This document shows, in pieces, positions 48,505-62,009 of a DNA stretch of 64,000 bases. Numbering within the stretch: the stretch's first letter is position 1; each line of letters starts with the position of its first letter. The translations under genes were made by a program, and so were the position numbers. The stretch covers positions 202,804,001-202,868,000 of the forward strand of contig NC_086100.1 in assembly GCF_963921235.1 (NCBI RefSeq). Direction: 5' to 3'. The notes beneath the pieces are model-generated. The model was not told the DNA's origin. It saw only the letters and a list, made by a program, of their open reading frames with translations, and did not search any database. The stretch is from Mobula hypostoma (Eukaryota).

Positions 48505-50797
48505 AAAACATAAGAACATAAGAAATGGGAGCAAGAGTCGGCCATCTGGCTTGTGGAAACTGCTCTGCCATTCAATAAGATCCTGGCTGATCTGGCCATG
48601 GACTCATCTCTACCTACCTCCCTTTTCCCCATAACCCTTAATTCCCCTACTATGCAAAAATCTATCCACCTTGTCTTAAATATATTTACTGAGGTAGCCT
48701 CCACTGCTTCATTGGGCAGGGAATTCCACAGATTCACCACTCACTGGGAAAAGCAGTTCCTCCTCATCTCCGTCATAAATCTACTCCCCCGAATCTTGAG
48801 GCTATGTCCCCCAGTTCTAGTCTCACCTACCAGTGGAAACAACTATCCTGCCTCTATCTTATCTATCTCTTTCATAATTTTATATGTTCCTGTAAGATCT
48901 CTTCTTATTCTTAATTTAAATGAGTATAGTCCCAGGCGACTCAATCTTTCCTCATAGGTTAACCCCTTCATCTCTGGAATCAACCTGGTGAACCTCCTCT
49001 GCGCTGTCTCCAGAGCCAGTATATCCTTCCTCAAGTAAGGAGACCAGAACTGCACGCAGTACTCCAGGTGCGACCTCACCTGTACAGTTGCAGCATAATG
49101 TCCCTGGTCTTCAATTCAATCCCTCGAGCAACGAAGGCCAACATCCCATTTGTCTTCTTGCAAACCAACCTTTTGTGATTCATGGACAAGACTCCCAAGT
49201 CCTCTGCAGATTATTTTACCATTTAAATAATGATCTGATCTTCCATTTTCCCTTCCAAAGTGGGTGAGTTTGCATTTACCAACATTGTGACCCTTGCCCG
49301 CTCACGTCACCCATCCACATCTCTCTGCAGACTCTCCCTATCCTCTGCACAATGTGCTTTTCCACTCAATTTAGTGTCATCAGCAAACTTAAATACACTA
49401 CACTCAGTCCCCTCTTTCAGATCGCTAATGTATATCGTGAACAGTTGTGGGCCCAGCACCGACCCCGACAGCACACCGCTCACCATTGATCGCCAACACC
49501 ATGTATCCTAGCACTGCTTTCTATTGATTATCCATGCTACAGGTCCACAATCCCTTATCCGAAATCCTTGGGGCCAGTTGCATTTCGGGATTCAGAATTT
49601 TTTGGATTTCAGACCCCCCCCATACAAAAAAAAAGGAAAACTCAAGTCCCTTATTTAACCTGTCTCCGTGTGGTGGACTTTAGGACCCGGCAGCGCACCA
49701 AACCTACGCACATCCTCCCGTATACTTTAAATCATCTCTAGATTACTTATAATACCTAATACAATCTAAATAGTTGTTATACTGTATTGTTTAGGGAATA
49801 ATGACAAGAAAAAAAATTATTTCCAACAAAAACATTCAATAAAACATAAAAATATACAGCTTCAAACAAACCGAATCAAACACATGGTAAATGACTTATT
49901 GGAATAAATGTAGAACGTCACTGTCACTGTCACTATAAAACTTCAGTAACTTGTCTTTCTGTTTATTTAAATCATACACAGTGGTAGTTCCGACACTATT
50001 TTCTTCAGTAAGACGCCGCACAGACACACCACGATCAAGCTTCTGCAATAACTCCACTTTCTGCGTTACTGATAATGATAGATGCTTCCTTCTCTTTTTC
50101 TCATTGTTACCCATAGGGGTATCTGCAGTTCTTTTTGACATTTTCACCGTGAAATTAAACACAAAGTCAACAGTGAACACAAAATATCAGTGAACAGCAA
50201 ATGCACGTGTAGCCAGTATGAGCGCTGAGCCACAACTGACGTCTGGCGGCCTCTGCTAGTGCTTCCACGTCACACCTGAGTGACGTCAGCTATGGGCAAA
50301 AAAAACTTCAGTTTTCCGAGCTTCTTGGATTTCAGAATTTTTGATAAAGGAATGTACACCTGTACTGCATTATCCCAACTCTATGAATCCTTATCTTATG
50401 GATAAGTCTTTTATGTGGCATCTTTTCGAAAGTCATCTGGAAATACAAGTAAATAACGTCCATCTGTTCCCCTCTATCCACTGCGCTTGTTATATCCTCA
50501 AAGAACTCCCGTAAGTTTGTCAAACAGGACCTGCCTTTGCTGAATCCATGCTGCGTCTGCCTGATGGATCCATTTCCTTCCAGATGCCCACTATTTCTAC
50601 TTTAATGATAGCTTCAAGCATTTTCCCAACTACAGATGTTAAACTAACTGGTCTATAGTCACCTGCCTTTTGCCTCCATCGTTTTTTGATCGGTGGCATG
50701 ACCTGGCCAGAGTCAAGAGAATTTTGGTAAATTATCACCAAAGCCTCAACTATAACCTCTGCCATTTCTTTCGGTACCCTGGGGTGCATTCCATCAG
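48505..50797 (-). mobile_element. CR1 RT and 3' end, interrupted by a Tigger element
   Basis: HLEYCVQFWSP and YRPVSLTSVVGKMLE; (TTCTTATG) tail at 48508-48523. Confidence 0.88.
49540..50362 (-). mobile_element. Tigger/pogo-family (Tc1/mariner) internally deleted DNA transposon with transposase N-terminus
   Basis: TA-flanked imperfect TIRs CAGGTCCACAATCCCTTATCCGAAAT and CAGGTGTACATTCCTTTATCAAAAAT. ORF MSKRTADTPMGNNEKKRRKHLSLSVTQKVELLQKLDRGVSVRRL..VGTTTVYDL is a CENP-B/psq-type HTH. Confidence 0.9.
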
Positions 50798-51354
50798 GAC
50801 CATTATGGGAATCGTTAATAGGCCTGCAAATAGTCGCCAAGGTGTGGCGTTCAGTTTGCAAAGGGAGCTGGAAAATGTAATATGGTAATGACACAATTGT
50901 AATGGGGGATTTCAATATGCAGTGGGATTGGGAATATCAGATTGGTGTTGGATCACGAGAGAGGGAATTTATTGAATGCCCACAAGATAGCTTTTTAGAG
51001 CAGCTTGTGCTTGAGCCTGTTCGGGGAAACGCTATCTTAGATTGGGTGTTTAATAACAAAGAGCTTATCAGGGAGGTTAACATAAAGGAACCCTTAGGAG
51101 GTAGTGATCATAATATGATTGAATTTGTACTGCAGATTGAGAAGGAGAAGTACAAGTCACATGTATCAGTATCACGCTGGAATAAAGGGAATTACAGAGG
51201 CATGAGAGAGGAGCTTGCCCAGGTGGATTGGAGGAGGATACTGGCAGGGATGATGGCAGAGCAGAGATGGCTGGGAATAGTTCACAAGGCGCAGTATTGA
51301 TATGTCCCTCAGAAGAAAAAGGGGATGGACAACTGTGGCTGAAAGGGAAGTTAA

Positions 51355-53335
51355 TGCTATCTTGGTGGCATATGTGCAGCCTCTGGTGAATAAAATTGAT
51401 GATCTCACATTTAGGGTGCTGAATCAGAGGGACATTAGGACCGCTCGTGTCCTTTATTTCACGGAATCCTTGTTAACCCCTTCCATACTGGATGCAGTGA
51501 TTCAGATCAACCGATTTACTGTACAACATCAGTATAGATCTATAGAGTGTCTCATGAGCAGAGGTGGAGGAGTATGCCTCATGATCAACTGTTCTTGGTG
51601 CACAAATATATCAGTGCTGTCCATTTTACCTACCACGAGAGATTTCCGTGATCATTTTGGTAGTGGTATACATTCCACCTCAGGTCAAAGTCAGTCAGGC
51701 TTTAGATGATCTGAGCAATGGGATCAACATGCATGAAACAGCGCACCCTAACACCTTCACCATTGTTTTGGGGGATTTTAACCAGGCCAATCTGAAAAAA
51801 ATCACTAAGCAATTACCATCAACAGATCACTTACAATACCAGAGGAAACAACACACTGGACCATTGCTACACCACCATCAAGAATGCCTACCGTGCTATT
51901 CCACGTCCTCACTTTGGGAAGTCTGATCACCTGGCTGTACTTCTACTCCCTGAGTATAGGCAGAGACTGAAGACTGCAGCACCAACAGTGAGGACCAGGA
52001 AGGTTTGGACAAGAGAAGCACAGGAGCACCTACAGGACTGCTTTGAATCGGTGGTCTGGACAGTATTCAGGGATTCATCTTTGAATCCGGATGAGTATGC
52101 TGCAGTTGTTACCAACTTCATTAAAACCTGTGTGGATGAGTGTGTGCCTGCAAAGTACATTCTGTACATTCCTAAACCAAAAGCCGTGCATGAACCAGGA
52201 GGTACGTCGTCTGCTGAAGGCCAGATCTGTGGCATTCAGGGCTGGTGACCCAGGCCTGTACCAGAAAACCAGGTATGACTTGCGGAGAGCTATTTCAAGG
52301 GTGAAGAGACAATTTCGAACGAGGTTGGAGGCAACATCGGATGCACGACAACTCTGGTAGGATTTGCGAGACATTACTTCTGACGAAGTGAAACCCAATC
52401 GCATGAATGGTAGTGATGCTTCACTACCAGATGAATTCAATGCCTTCTATGCCTGCTTTGAAAGGGAGAATATAACTGCACCTGTGAAGATCTATGCTGC
52501 ACTCAGTGACCTTGTGATAGCTGTCTCGGAGGCTGATGTCAGGCTGTCTTAAAAGAGGGTGAACTCTCACAAGGTGGAAGGGTCTGACAGAGTACCTGGC
52601 AAGCCTCTGAAAACTTGTGTCAACCAACTAGCCGGAGTACTCAAGGACATTTTCAACCCCTCATGCTACGGGCGGGAGTTCCCACTTGCTTCAAAAAGGC
52701 AACGATTATACCAGTGCCTAAGAAGGGTAATGTGAGCTGCATTAATGCCTGGCACCCAGTAGCACTCACATCGACAGTGATGAAATGCTTTGAGAGATTG
52801 GTCATGAGTAGACTGAACTCGTGCCTGAACAAGGAACTGGACCCACTGCAATTTGCCAATCGCCACAATAGGTCAACAGCAGATGCAATCTCAATGGCTC
52901 TTCACATGGGCTTAGATGACCAGGACAATATAAACACCAATGTCAGGGTTCTGTTCATCGACTATAGCTCAGCATTGAGCACCCTCATTCCTGAATTACA
53001 GAACCTGGAACCCTGTATCTCCCTCTGCAATTGGATCTGTGACTTCCTAACCAGACCACCACAATCTGTGTGGATTAGTGATAATGTCTCCTCTTTGCTG
53101 ATGATCAACACTGGTGCACCTCAGGCGTGTGCGCCTAGCCCACTGTTCTACTTTGTCTATACCCATCTCTGTGTGGCTAGGCATAGCTCAAATACCATCT
53201 GTAAATTTGCTGATGGTACAACTATTGTTGGTAGATTCTCAGATGGAGATGAGAGGGCAGAGAGGAGCGAGACATACCAACTAGGAGAGTGATGTCACAG
53301 CAAACAACTTTCCGCTCAAGGCAAAAGCGCTGATT
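51355..53335 (+). mobile_element. Rex1/Babar LINE (APE and RT), decayed
   Basis: VQPLVNKIDDL..RGGGVC..VYIPP..GDFNQ and PTCFKKATIIPVPKK..PVALTSTVMKCFERL..KFADGT. Confidence 0.9.
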
Positions 53336-53339
53336 GTGG

Positions 53340-56300
53340 ACTTTGCATCAGTCTTCACAGTGGAAGACATCTGCAGTATACTGGATATTCAAGAGTGTCA
53401 GGGAAGTGAAGTATGTGCAGTGAAAATTATGACTGAGAAGGTGCTCAGGAAGCTTAATGGTCTGAGGGTGGATAAATCTCCTGGACCTGATGGAATGCAC
53501 CCTCGGGTTCTGAAGGAAATAGCTGGAGAGACTGCGGAGGCATTAACAGTGATCTTTCAAGATTCGATAGATTCTGGCATTGAACCGGATGACAGGAAAA
53601 TTACAAATGTTACTCCGCAATTAAGAAAGGTGAGAGGCAGCAGATAGGAAACTGTAGACCTGTTAGCCTGACATCAGTGGTTGGGAAGTTGTTGGAATCG
53701 ATTGTTAGGGATGAGACTACGGAGTACCTGGAGACACGTGATAAGGTAGGCCAAAGCCAGCCTGGTTTCCTGAAAGGAAAATCCAGCCTGACTAATTTTT
53801 TGTGGAAATTACAAGCAGGATAGACAAAGGCGATGCAGTAGATGTGGTGTACTTCGATTTTCAGAAGGCCTTTGACAAGGTGCCACACATGAGGCTGCTT
53901 AGCAAGATAAGAGCCCATGGAATTACAGGGAAGTTACTAGCATGGGTGGAGCATTGGCAGAAAACAGAGAGTGGGAATAAAGGGACCCTATTCTGGCTGG
54001 CTGCCGGTTACCAGTGGAGTTCCACAATGTTGGGACCGCTGCTTTTTACAATGTGTGTCAATGATTAGAGCTACAGTATTAATGGATTTGTGACTAAATT
54101 TGCCAATGATACAAAGGTAGGTGGAGGAGCGGGTAGTGTTGTGGAAACAGAGACCCTGCAGAGAGATTTAGATAGTTTAGGGGAATGGGCAAATAAGTGG
54201 AAAATGAAATACAACATTGGAAAGTGTATCGTCATGCACTTTGGTGGAAAAAATAAACAGGCAGACTATTATTTAGATGAGGAGAGAATTCAAAATGCAG
54301 AGATGCAAAGGGACTTGGGAGGAAGGATAGGCAGGTGATAGAGAAGGGACGCGCTCAGATGGACCGTTTGAGATGTGTCTATTTTAACACAATGAGTATT
54401 GTGAACAAAGCAGATGAGCTTAGAGCATGGATGTGGTGGCCATTACAGAGACTTGGATGGCTCAGGGACAGGAATGGTTACTTGGAGTGCCAGGTTTTAG
54501 ATGTTTCAGAAAGGACAGGGAGGGAGGCAAAGGAGGTGGGGTGTGGCACTGTTGATCAGAGATAGTGTCACAGCTGCAGAAATGGTGGATGTCATGGAGG
54601 GATTGTCTATGGAGTCTCTGTGGGTGGAGGTTAGGAACAGGTAGGGGTCAATAACTTTACTGGGTGTTTTTTATAGGCTGCCCAATAGTAACAGGGATAT
54701 CGAGGAGCAGATAGGGAAACAGAACCTGGAAAGTTGTAATAATATCAGAGTTGTCGTGATGGGAGATTTTATTTTCCCAAATATCGGTTGGAATCTCCCT
54801 AGGGCAAGGGGTTTAGATGTGGTGGAGTGTGTTAGGTGTGTTCAGGAAGGTTTCTTGACACAATATGTAGATAAGCCTACAAGAGGAGAGGCTGTACTTG
54901 ATTTGGTATTGGGAAGTGAACCTAGTCAGGTGTCAGATCTCTCAGTGGGAGAGCATTTTGGAGATAGTGATCAAAATTCTATCTCCTTACAATAGCATTG
55001 GAGATAAATAGGAACAGACAAGTTAGAAAAGCATTTAATTGGAGTAAGGGGAATTATGAGGCTATCTGGCAGGAAATTGGAATCTTAAATTGGAAACAGA
55101 TGTTGTCTGGGAACAGTACGGAAGAAATGTGGCAAATATTCAGGGGATATTTGTGTGGAGTTCTGCACAGGTACATTCCAATGAGACAGGGAAGTTATGG
55201 TAGGGTACAGGAACCGTGGTGTACAAAGGCTGTAATAAATCTAGTCAAGAAGAAAAGAAAATCTTACAAAAGGTTCAGAGAGCTTGGTCATGTTAGAGAT
55301 CTAGAAGATTACAAGGCTAACAGGGAGGAGCTTAAAAAGGAAATTAGGAGTGCCAGAAGGGGCCATGAGAAGGCCTTGCTGGGCAGGATTAAGGAAAACC
55401 CCAAGGCATTCGACAAATATGTGAAGAGCAAGCGGATAAGACGTGAAAGAATGGGACTTATCAAGTGTGACAGTGGGAAGGTGTGTATGGAACCAGAGGA
55501 AATAGCAGAGGTACTTAATGAATACTTTACTTTAGTATTCACAATGGAAAAGGATCTTGGTGATTGTCGTGATGACTTGCAGCAGACTGAAAATCTTGAG
55601 CATGTAGATATTAAGAGAGGGTGTGCTGGAGCTTTTGGAAAGCATCAAGTTGGATAAGTTGCCGGGACCGGATGAGACTCGAGGCTACTGTGGGAGGCAG
55701 GGGAGGAGATTGCTGAGCCTCTGGCGATGATCAATGGGGACGGGAGAGATTCTGGAAGTATATGTTAGATATAAGAAGCAGGAAGCAGGAGGGGTTCATG
55801 AGAAATATAGGGTAGCCAGGAAGGAGCTTATGAAAGGACTTAGGAGAGCTCGAAGGGGGCATGAGAAGGCCTTGGCATGTGGGATTAAGGAGAACCCCAA
55901 GGCGTTCTATGCGTATGTGAAGAACAGAAGGATGACAAGAATGAAGGTGGGGCCACTAAATAATAAAGAAGGCAACATGTGCCTGGAGACAGAGGAGGTT
56001 GGGGAGTCCTAAATGAATACTTTGCTTCAGTATTCACAAGTGAAAAGTTGATCAGGGTGAGGTCGAAATAGAACAGGCCTGTGTGCTGGACAGTGTGGAG
56101 ATTAAGGAAGAAGAATTGTTGGATCTTCTTAAAAACAGCAAGTTTGATAAGATCCCAGGGCTGGATGTGATATACCCCAGGTTGCTATGGGAAGTGAGAG
56201 AAGAGATTGCTGGAGCAGTAGCTATGATCTTTGAATCCTCTTTGGCTGCAGGGGAGGTGATGGAGGATTGGAGAATGGCAAATGTAGTTCCCTAGTTTAA

Positions 56301-58840
56301 AAAAGGTAATAGGGAGAATCCTGGGAACTATAGACCAGTGAGTCTCAACGTCGGTGGCCTGCAAACTATTGGAAAGGATTCTTAAGTATAGGATCTACGA
56401 GCACTTGGAGAAGTACAGTCTACTCAAGGACAGTCAACATTGCTTTGTGAAGGGAAGGTCGTGCCTCACGAGCCTAATTGAGTTTTTTGAAGAGGTAACA
56501 AAAGAAATTGATGAGGGTAGGGCGGTAGATGTGGTCCACATGGATTTTAGCAAGGTATTTGACAAGGTCCCACACGATAGACTCATCCAGAAAATCATGA
56601 GACATGGGTTCAGTGGAACCTTGGCTGTTTGGATAAAAAGTTGGCTTACAGGAAGAAAGCAGAGGGTAGTAGTGGAAGGAAAGTATTCTGCCTGGAGGTC
56701 GGTGACTAGTGGAGTGCCGCAAGGATCAGTCCTGGGACCCCTGCTCTTTGTGATTTTTATAAATGACCTGGATGAAGAGGCGGAAGGATGAGTGAGTAAG
56801 TTTGCGGATGACACGAAGATTGGAGGAGTTGTGGATGGAGCTGTAGGTTGTCGAAAGTTACAAGAGGATATAGACAGGATGTAGAGTTGGGCAGAAAAGT
56901 GGCAGATGGAGTTCAATCCGGATAAGTGTGAGGTGATACATTTTGGAAGGACAAACCAGAGGGCTGAGTACAGGGTTAATGGTCGGTTACTTATGAGTGT
57001 GGATGAACAGAGGGACCTCGGGGTTCAAATCCATACATCCCTCAAAGTTGCTGCACAGGTTGATAGGATAATTAAGAAGGCCTATGGGATGCTAGGCTTC
57101 ATTAATAGGGGGATTGAGTTCAAGAGTAGAGAGGTCATGTTGCAACTCTACAAATCTCTGGTGAGACCACACTTAGAATATTGTGTTCAGTTCTGGTCAC
57201 CTCATTACAGGAAGGATGTGGAAGCTATGGAGAGGGTGCAGAGGAGATTTACCAGGATGTTGCCTGGATTGGAAAACAATTCTTATGAGGCAAGGTTTAC
57301 AGAGCTGGGACTTTTCTCTTTGGAGCATAGAAGGATGAGAGGGGACTCGATAGAGGTCTACAAGATTATGAGAGGCATAGATGGGGTGGATAGCCAGTAC
57401 CTGTTTCCCAGGGTACGAATAGCAAACACCAGACGGCATATGTACAAAGTTAAGGGAGGGAAATTTAGGGGAGACATCAGGGGTAAGGTTTTTACACAGA
57501 GGGTTGTGGGTACCTGGAATGACTTGCCAGGGATGGTGGTGGAGACTAAAACATTAGTGGTCTTTAAGAGCCTCTTGGACAGGCACATGGATGAAAGAAA
57601 AATAGAGGGTTACGGGGTAGTGTGGGTTTAGTACTTTTTTTAAAGGATTATATGGGTTGGCACAACTTCGAGGGCCGAAAGGCCTGTACTGTGCTGTAGT
57701 ATTCTAGTGTCAAGTGGCTAGATGTTGCCTGGATTGGGGAGCATGCCTTATGAAAATAGGTTGAGTGAACTCAGCCTTTTCTCCTTGGAGCGACGGAGGA
57801 TGAGAAGTGACTTGATAGAGGTGAATAAGATGATAAGAGGCATTGATCATGTGGATAATCAGAGGCTTTTTCCCAGGGCTGAAATGGTTGCCACAAGAGG
57901 ACACAGATTTAAGGTACTTGCGAGTAGGTACAGAGGAGATATCAGGGGCAAGTTTTTTTTACTCAGAGGGTGGTGAGTGCGTGGAATGGGCTGCCGGCAA
58001 TGGTGGTGGAGGTGGATACGATAGGGTCTTTTAAGAGACTTTTGGATAGGTACATGGAGCTTAGAAAAATAGAGGGCTATGGGTAATCCTAGTAATTTCT
58101 AAGGTAGGGACATGTTCGGCACAACTTTGTGGGCCGAAGGGCCTGTATTGTGCTGTAGCTTTTCTATGTTTCTATACCCTAAAGGTTAATCTCCAGGTTA
58201 AGTTGGTTGTGAAGATGGTGAGTGCAATGTTGGTGTTCATTTTTAGAGCAGGGATGTATTGTTGAGGCTCTATAAAGCACACGAGACGACACTTGGTGTA
58301 CTGTGTGCAGTTTTGGGCTCCTGATTTTAGAAAGGATATACTGACATTGGAGAGGGTTCAGAGAAGATTTTCGAGAATGATTCCAGGAATGAAAGGGTTA
58401 CTGTATGAGGAACGTCTGGCAGCTCTTGGGCTGTATTCCCTGTAGTTCAGGAGAATGAGGGGGGGATCTCATGGAAACATTCCAAATGTTAAAAGGCCTG
58501 AACAGATTAGATATGGAAAAGTTATTTCTCATAGTAGGGGATTCTAGGACAAGAGGGCATGACTTTAGGATTGAAGGACGTCCTTTTAGAACTGAGATGT
58601 GGAGAAATTACTTTGTTTGGAGGGTGGTAAATCTGTGGAATTCACTGCCACGAGCGGCTGTGGAGGCCAAGTCATTGGATGTATTTTAGGCAGAGATAGA
58701 TAGGTTCTGGATTAGCCAGGGCATCAAAGGGTATGGGGTGAAAGCAGGGGAGTGGGGATGACTGGAAGAATTGGATCAGCCCATGATTGAATGGCAAAGC
58801 AGACTCGATGGGCTGAATGGACTACTATATCTTGTGGTCG
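53340..58840 (+). mobile_element. CR1 family B (53340-54320 and 58176-58840) hosting nested CR1 copies
   Basis: DKSPGPDG, FQKAFDKVPH and KFANDTKVGG; resumes at ACCCTAAAGGTTAA (58176). Confidence 0.88.
54320..58175 (+). mobile_element. CR1 family A (APE 54320-55755, 3' end 57715-58175) with nested CR1 family C (about 55757-57710)
   Basis: Homologous to 19576-23030. Nested copy has ORFs 56354..56791 and 56906..57631 and its own tail. Family A tail TTTCTATGTTTCTAT. Confidence 0.88.
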
Positions 58841-58909
58841 CATGTGTCTGTAATTCCCTGTACTCCACTGTAATACCGGCACACCTGACTTTAGCATCTC
58901 CTCAAATTT

Positions 58910-60940
58910 CAATAGACAATAGGTGCAGGAGCAGGCCATTTGGCCCTTCGAGCCAATACCGCCATTCACTGTGATCATGGCTGATCATCCACAATCAGTA
59001 TCCAGTTCCTGCCTTATCCCCATAACCTTTGATTCCGCTATCTTTAAGAGCTCTATCCATCTCTTTCTTGAAAGCATCCAGAGACTTGGCCTCCACAGCC
59101 TTCTGGGGCAGAGCATTCCACATATCCACCACTCTCTGGGTGAAAAAGTTTTTTCTCAACTCCGTTCTAAATGGCCCTACCCCTTATTCTTAAACTGTGG
59201 CCTCTGGTTCTGGACTCACCCATCAGTGGGAACATGCTTCCTGCCTCCAGCGTGTCCAATCCCTTAATAATCTTATATGTTTCAATAAGGTCCCCTCTCA
59301 TCTTTCTAAATTCCAGAATATACAAGCCCAGTCGCTCCAGTCTTTCGACATATGTTAGGGTGAATTCAATCATATTATGATCACTTTACCCTATTGTTTT
59401 CCCTGAGTCAACTTTTGAGTTAACTCTGGTTCATTACATAACACCCAATGCAGAATAGCTGATTCCTTTTTGGGCTGAACTGCGAGTTGCTCCGAAAAGC
59501 CATCTTGTAGGCATTCTACAAATTTTTCCCCTTGGGATCCAGTACTGACCTGATTTTTCCAATCTGTTGAAATCCCCCACGACTATAGTAGTATTGCCCT
59601 TTTGACATGCATTTCTATCTCTTGTAATTTGTAGGCCATATTCTTACTACTGTTTGGCAGTCAGTTTATAACTTCCATCACTGTCTTTTTACCCTTGCAT
59701 ATGTCACCGCTTTCTAATGATTTTTACCCACAGAGCCATATCACCCCCTCTGCTTACCTGTCTGTCTGTTTGATACAATCTGTATCCTTGGACATTAAGC
59801 TCCCAGCTATAATCTTCTTTCAGCCATGATTGAGTGATGCCCACAAGGAAACGTGCCAATCAGTAACTGTTCTACAAGTTCATCTCCATTATTCCATATA
59901 CTGTGTGCATACAAATCCACTTCTACGTTGCAACTCTTCCTACAGTTTTGTCCAGTCATCAGCCTCTCTTTGCTAGCAGTCTCACTATACTCTGCCTCTG
60001 TTTATAAGCCAAGATTTCATCCTCAGCAAGATCATTCCGGTTCCCATCCCCCGGCCAAATTTGTTTAAACCCTCCCAAACAACTCTAGCAAACCTGCCCA
60101 CAAGGTTGTTGGTTCCCCTTGGGTCCAGACGTAACCCATCCATTTTGTACAGGTCGTACCTTCTCCAGAAGAGGTTCCAAAGATCCATAAATCTGAACCC
60201 CTGCTTCCTGCACCTGTCAAATCATCCTATTCTTACCCACTCTGCGAATGGCATGGGCAGCAATCCAAAGATTGCTACCCTGGTGGTCCTGTTCTTCAGC
60301 TTTCTACCTAGCTTCCTAAAATCTCTCCTTAGGACCTCTTCACCTCTGCCTATGTCATTGGTGCCATATGCACCAAGACTTCTGCGTTTCTCCTCTCCCC
60401 TTTGAGAATGTCATGGACCCGATCCGACGTTGACCCTGGCACCTACGAGGCAACGTACCCTCTGGGTATCTCTACTGCACCCATGGAGTCTCGTCTCTGT
60501 TCCTCTGACTATAGAATTGTCTGTCACCGCTGCAGTCCTCTCCACCTTTCTCTTCTGAGCCACAGCACCATGCTAAGTGCCAGAGATACGGTCTCTGTGG
60601 CCCCCTACCCCCCCCCCAACCCAGTAGGTCTTCCCCTTCAACAGTATCTAAAGTGGTATACCTGTTATTGAGGGGAACTGCCACAAGGGTTCTCTGCACT
60701 GGCTGTGAATTTCTCATCCTTCTCTCGACAGTCACCCAGTTACCTGTCTCTTGCAACCTAAGGGTGACTATCTCCTTGTGGCTCCTATCACTTCCACATT
60801 GTCCTGAATGAGCCTAAGGTCTTCAAGCTGCAGCTCCACTTCCTTAATACATGCTCTATGGAGCTGCGGCTCAGTGCACCTGGTACAGGTGTGTTTCTCC
60901 GGGCGTCTGGAGGTCTCAGAATTCCCACATCTTTGATGGT
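58910..60940 (-). mobile_element. CR1 3' end (58910-59355) abutting a decayed CR1 ORF1/APE segment
   Basis: (CTATTGT)-type tail, MRGDLIETYKI, VAVPLNNRYTTLDTV and HTCTRC. Confidence 0.85.
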
Positions 60941-61554
60941 TGCCCCATTGAGGCAGGAAAAGGATGGGAAGATGAAGGAACAATGATGGTCAAGGGATGT
61001 GAAACATCTGGTCAAGAGCAGTAGAGGGAGCATGTATAAAAAGTTTTGGAAACAACAATCAGACGGGCTCTTGAGAGTTGTAAGGTATCCAGAAAGGAGC
61101 TCAGGAAAGGACTTTGGAGATCTAGAAGGGGAGATGAGAAAGCCTTGGTGAGGAGGATTAAGGAAACTCCCAAGATTTTCTACATGTATGTGAAGAACAG
61201 GATGACTGGAATAAGGGTATGTCCGATATGAGATTGAAAAGGAAACGTGCCTGGAGTCGGAAGAGGTTGTGGAGGTCCTCAATGAATATTTTGGTATGGT
61301 CTCAGACCGTAAGACAATAAGGTGTAGGAGAATTAGTCCATTTGGTCTATCAAGTCTGCTCTTCCATTTCATCATGGCTGATCCATTTTATCTCTCATCC
61401 CCAGTATCCTGCCTTCTCCCCATATCCTTTCATGCCTTGATCAATCAAGAATAGAAACATAGAAAACCTACCGCACAATACAGGCCCTTTGGCCACAAAG
61501 TTGTGCCAAACATGCCCTTACCTTAGAAATTACCAGGGTTACCCAGAGCCCTCA

Positions 61555-61940
61555 TTGGCGTTGCACCATAGTTTTGAGCTGTTGCAATGTTCTGCTACTG
61601 CCAATTTCTCTGGGTAACCTAAACTGATTCCCCACCTCTGTCCTTGATGCGAGTTCCCACTGTGCACCCTGTCTAGCCAAGAAACTCTGCTTCACATTCA
61701 CGGAATCCTGTAAATGCCCGCTGTCCTGAGACCCAAGTTATCTATCTTCTGCCTAAACTGGGATTTGAGCTTCTGTCTGGGCTTACGGATGTCGTTAATC
61801 TGGTATTTCTTCAGGATCCTGGTGATCCTTCCAGAAACTGTGAAAATATAAGTAAGACAGGTGGTAGCGATGGGCTGCTCCTCATCATTAGGTTTCCTGG
61901 TTTTTCTGTCGACCCTGTTAAGGGCCCAATTGATCAAGGA
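61555..61940 (-). mobile_element. Penelope-like element fragment (linker into GIY-YIG)
   Basis: LTYIFTVSGRITRILKKYQI..KP..KL..DNLGLRTAGIYRIP. Confidence 0.65.
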
Positions 61941-62009
61941 GCATTCCTAACCATACGTCTTCTCAGTAACCCTATCAACTTGCACTGCAATTCAGAAACA
62001 GATCTAATA

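Larger units (their letters stand above)
47950..51345 (+). mobile_element. CR1 APE region, interrupted at about 48505-50797
   Basis: LYLNARSI..GGGVALLV..ESLWVEL, resuming with MGDFN..LDWV..SDHN after 50797. Confidence 0.85.
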
